From positions 16,926,001 to 16,990,000 of the forward strand of contig NC_042998.1 in NCBI RefSeq assembly GCF_006345805.1: 64,000 bases of DNA, in the 5' to 3' direction. The position numbers and the translations under genes were made by a program. The notes under the pieces are model-generated. The model ran no database searches. It was not told the DNA's origin and saw only the letters and a program-made list of their open reading frames with translations. The DNA is from Octopus sinensis (Eukaryota). Position 1 is the first letter of the stretch. The number at the start of each line of letters is the position of its first letter. This document shows positions 63,788-64,000 of the stretch, piece after piece.

Positions 63788-63994
63788 GTGCTTCACCACA
63801 TACCGAAGTTTAGAAATAGCAGTCAAAAAATCTTACCTATTCCTTCTACTTTAAAAGGGGCTCCCAGAAAACCAAAGTACTTGTAAACAATCCTTTTGTC
63901 TGCGTGAATTGTTTTCAAGTACTTTGGTTTTTCTGGGAGCCCCTTTTGAAGTAGAAGGAATAGCTGAGATTTTTTGACTGCTATGTGGTAAGCA
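63788..63994. repeat. Foldback palindrome, ~75-bp core arms plus 13-bp outer arms
   Basis: 63817-63891 versus 63908-63983. Outer TGCTT(C)ACCACATA / TATGTGGTAAGCA pairing with a ~16-nt one-sided bulge. Confidence 0.92.
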
Positions 63995-64000
63995 AATCTT

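Overview
AT-rich, microsatellite-dense, repeat-dominated animal DNA with no confidently identifiable host protein-coding gene. The tRNA-derived SINE families resemble those I associate with Octopus, so a cephalopod origin is an inference. Most ORFs in the supplied track are translation artefacts of (TA)n, (CA)n or (GAT)n repeats. Recognisable content: several SINE families; decayed Tc1/mariner, mariner, MULE and Helitron DNA transposons; an R4/Dong-like RLE LINE ending in (TAA)n; a 5'-truncated RTE LINE; and three Penelope-like (GIY-YIG) remnants, one with a minimal hammerhead ribozyme that has a U3-A8 core variant. The most interesting structure is at 50,255-54,364. A reconstructed ~365-bp non-coding monomer carries a minimal type I hammerhead, a 30-bp terminal redundancy and a 168-bp inverted copy of itself, which resembles a Penelope pLTR or retrozyme. 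Two diverged ~1.75-kb elements sit in tandem at one site in it (AATATCACCAGCYGACC, repeated at the junctions). Each encodes only a ~450-aa L1/Tx1-ORF1-like CCHC zinc-knuckle protein, with no RT or endonuclease. I read this as a candidate site-specific, ORF1-only retro-parasite of a ribozyme-bearing element. Three further ~180-220-bp foldback palindromes lie at 54.6, 55.5 and 63.8 kb.
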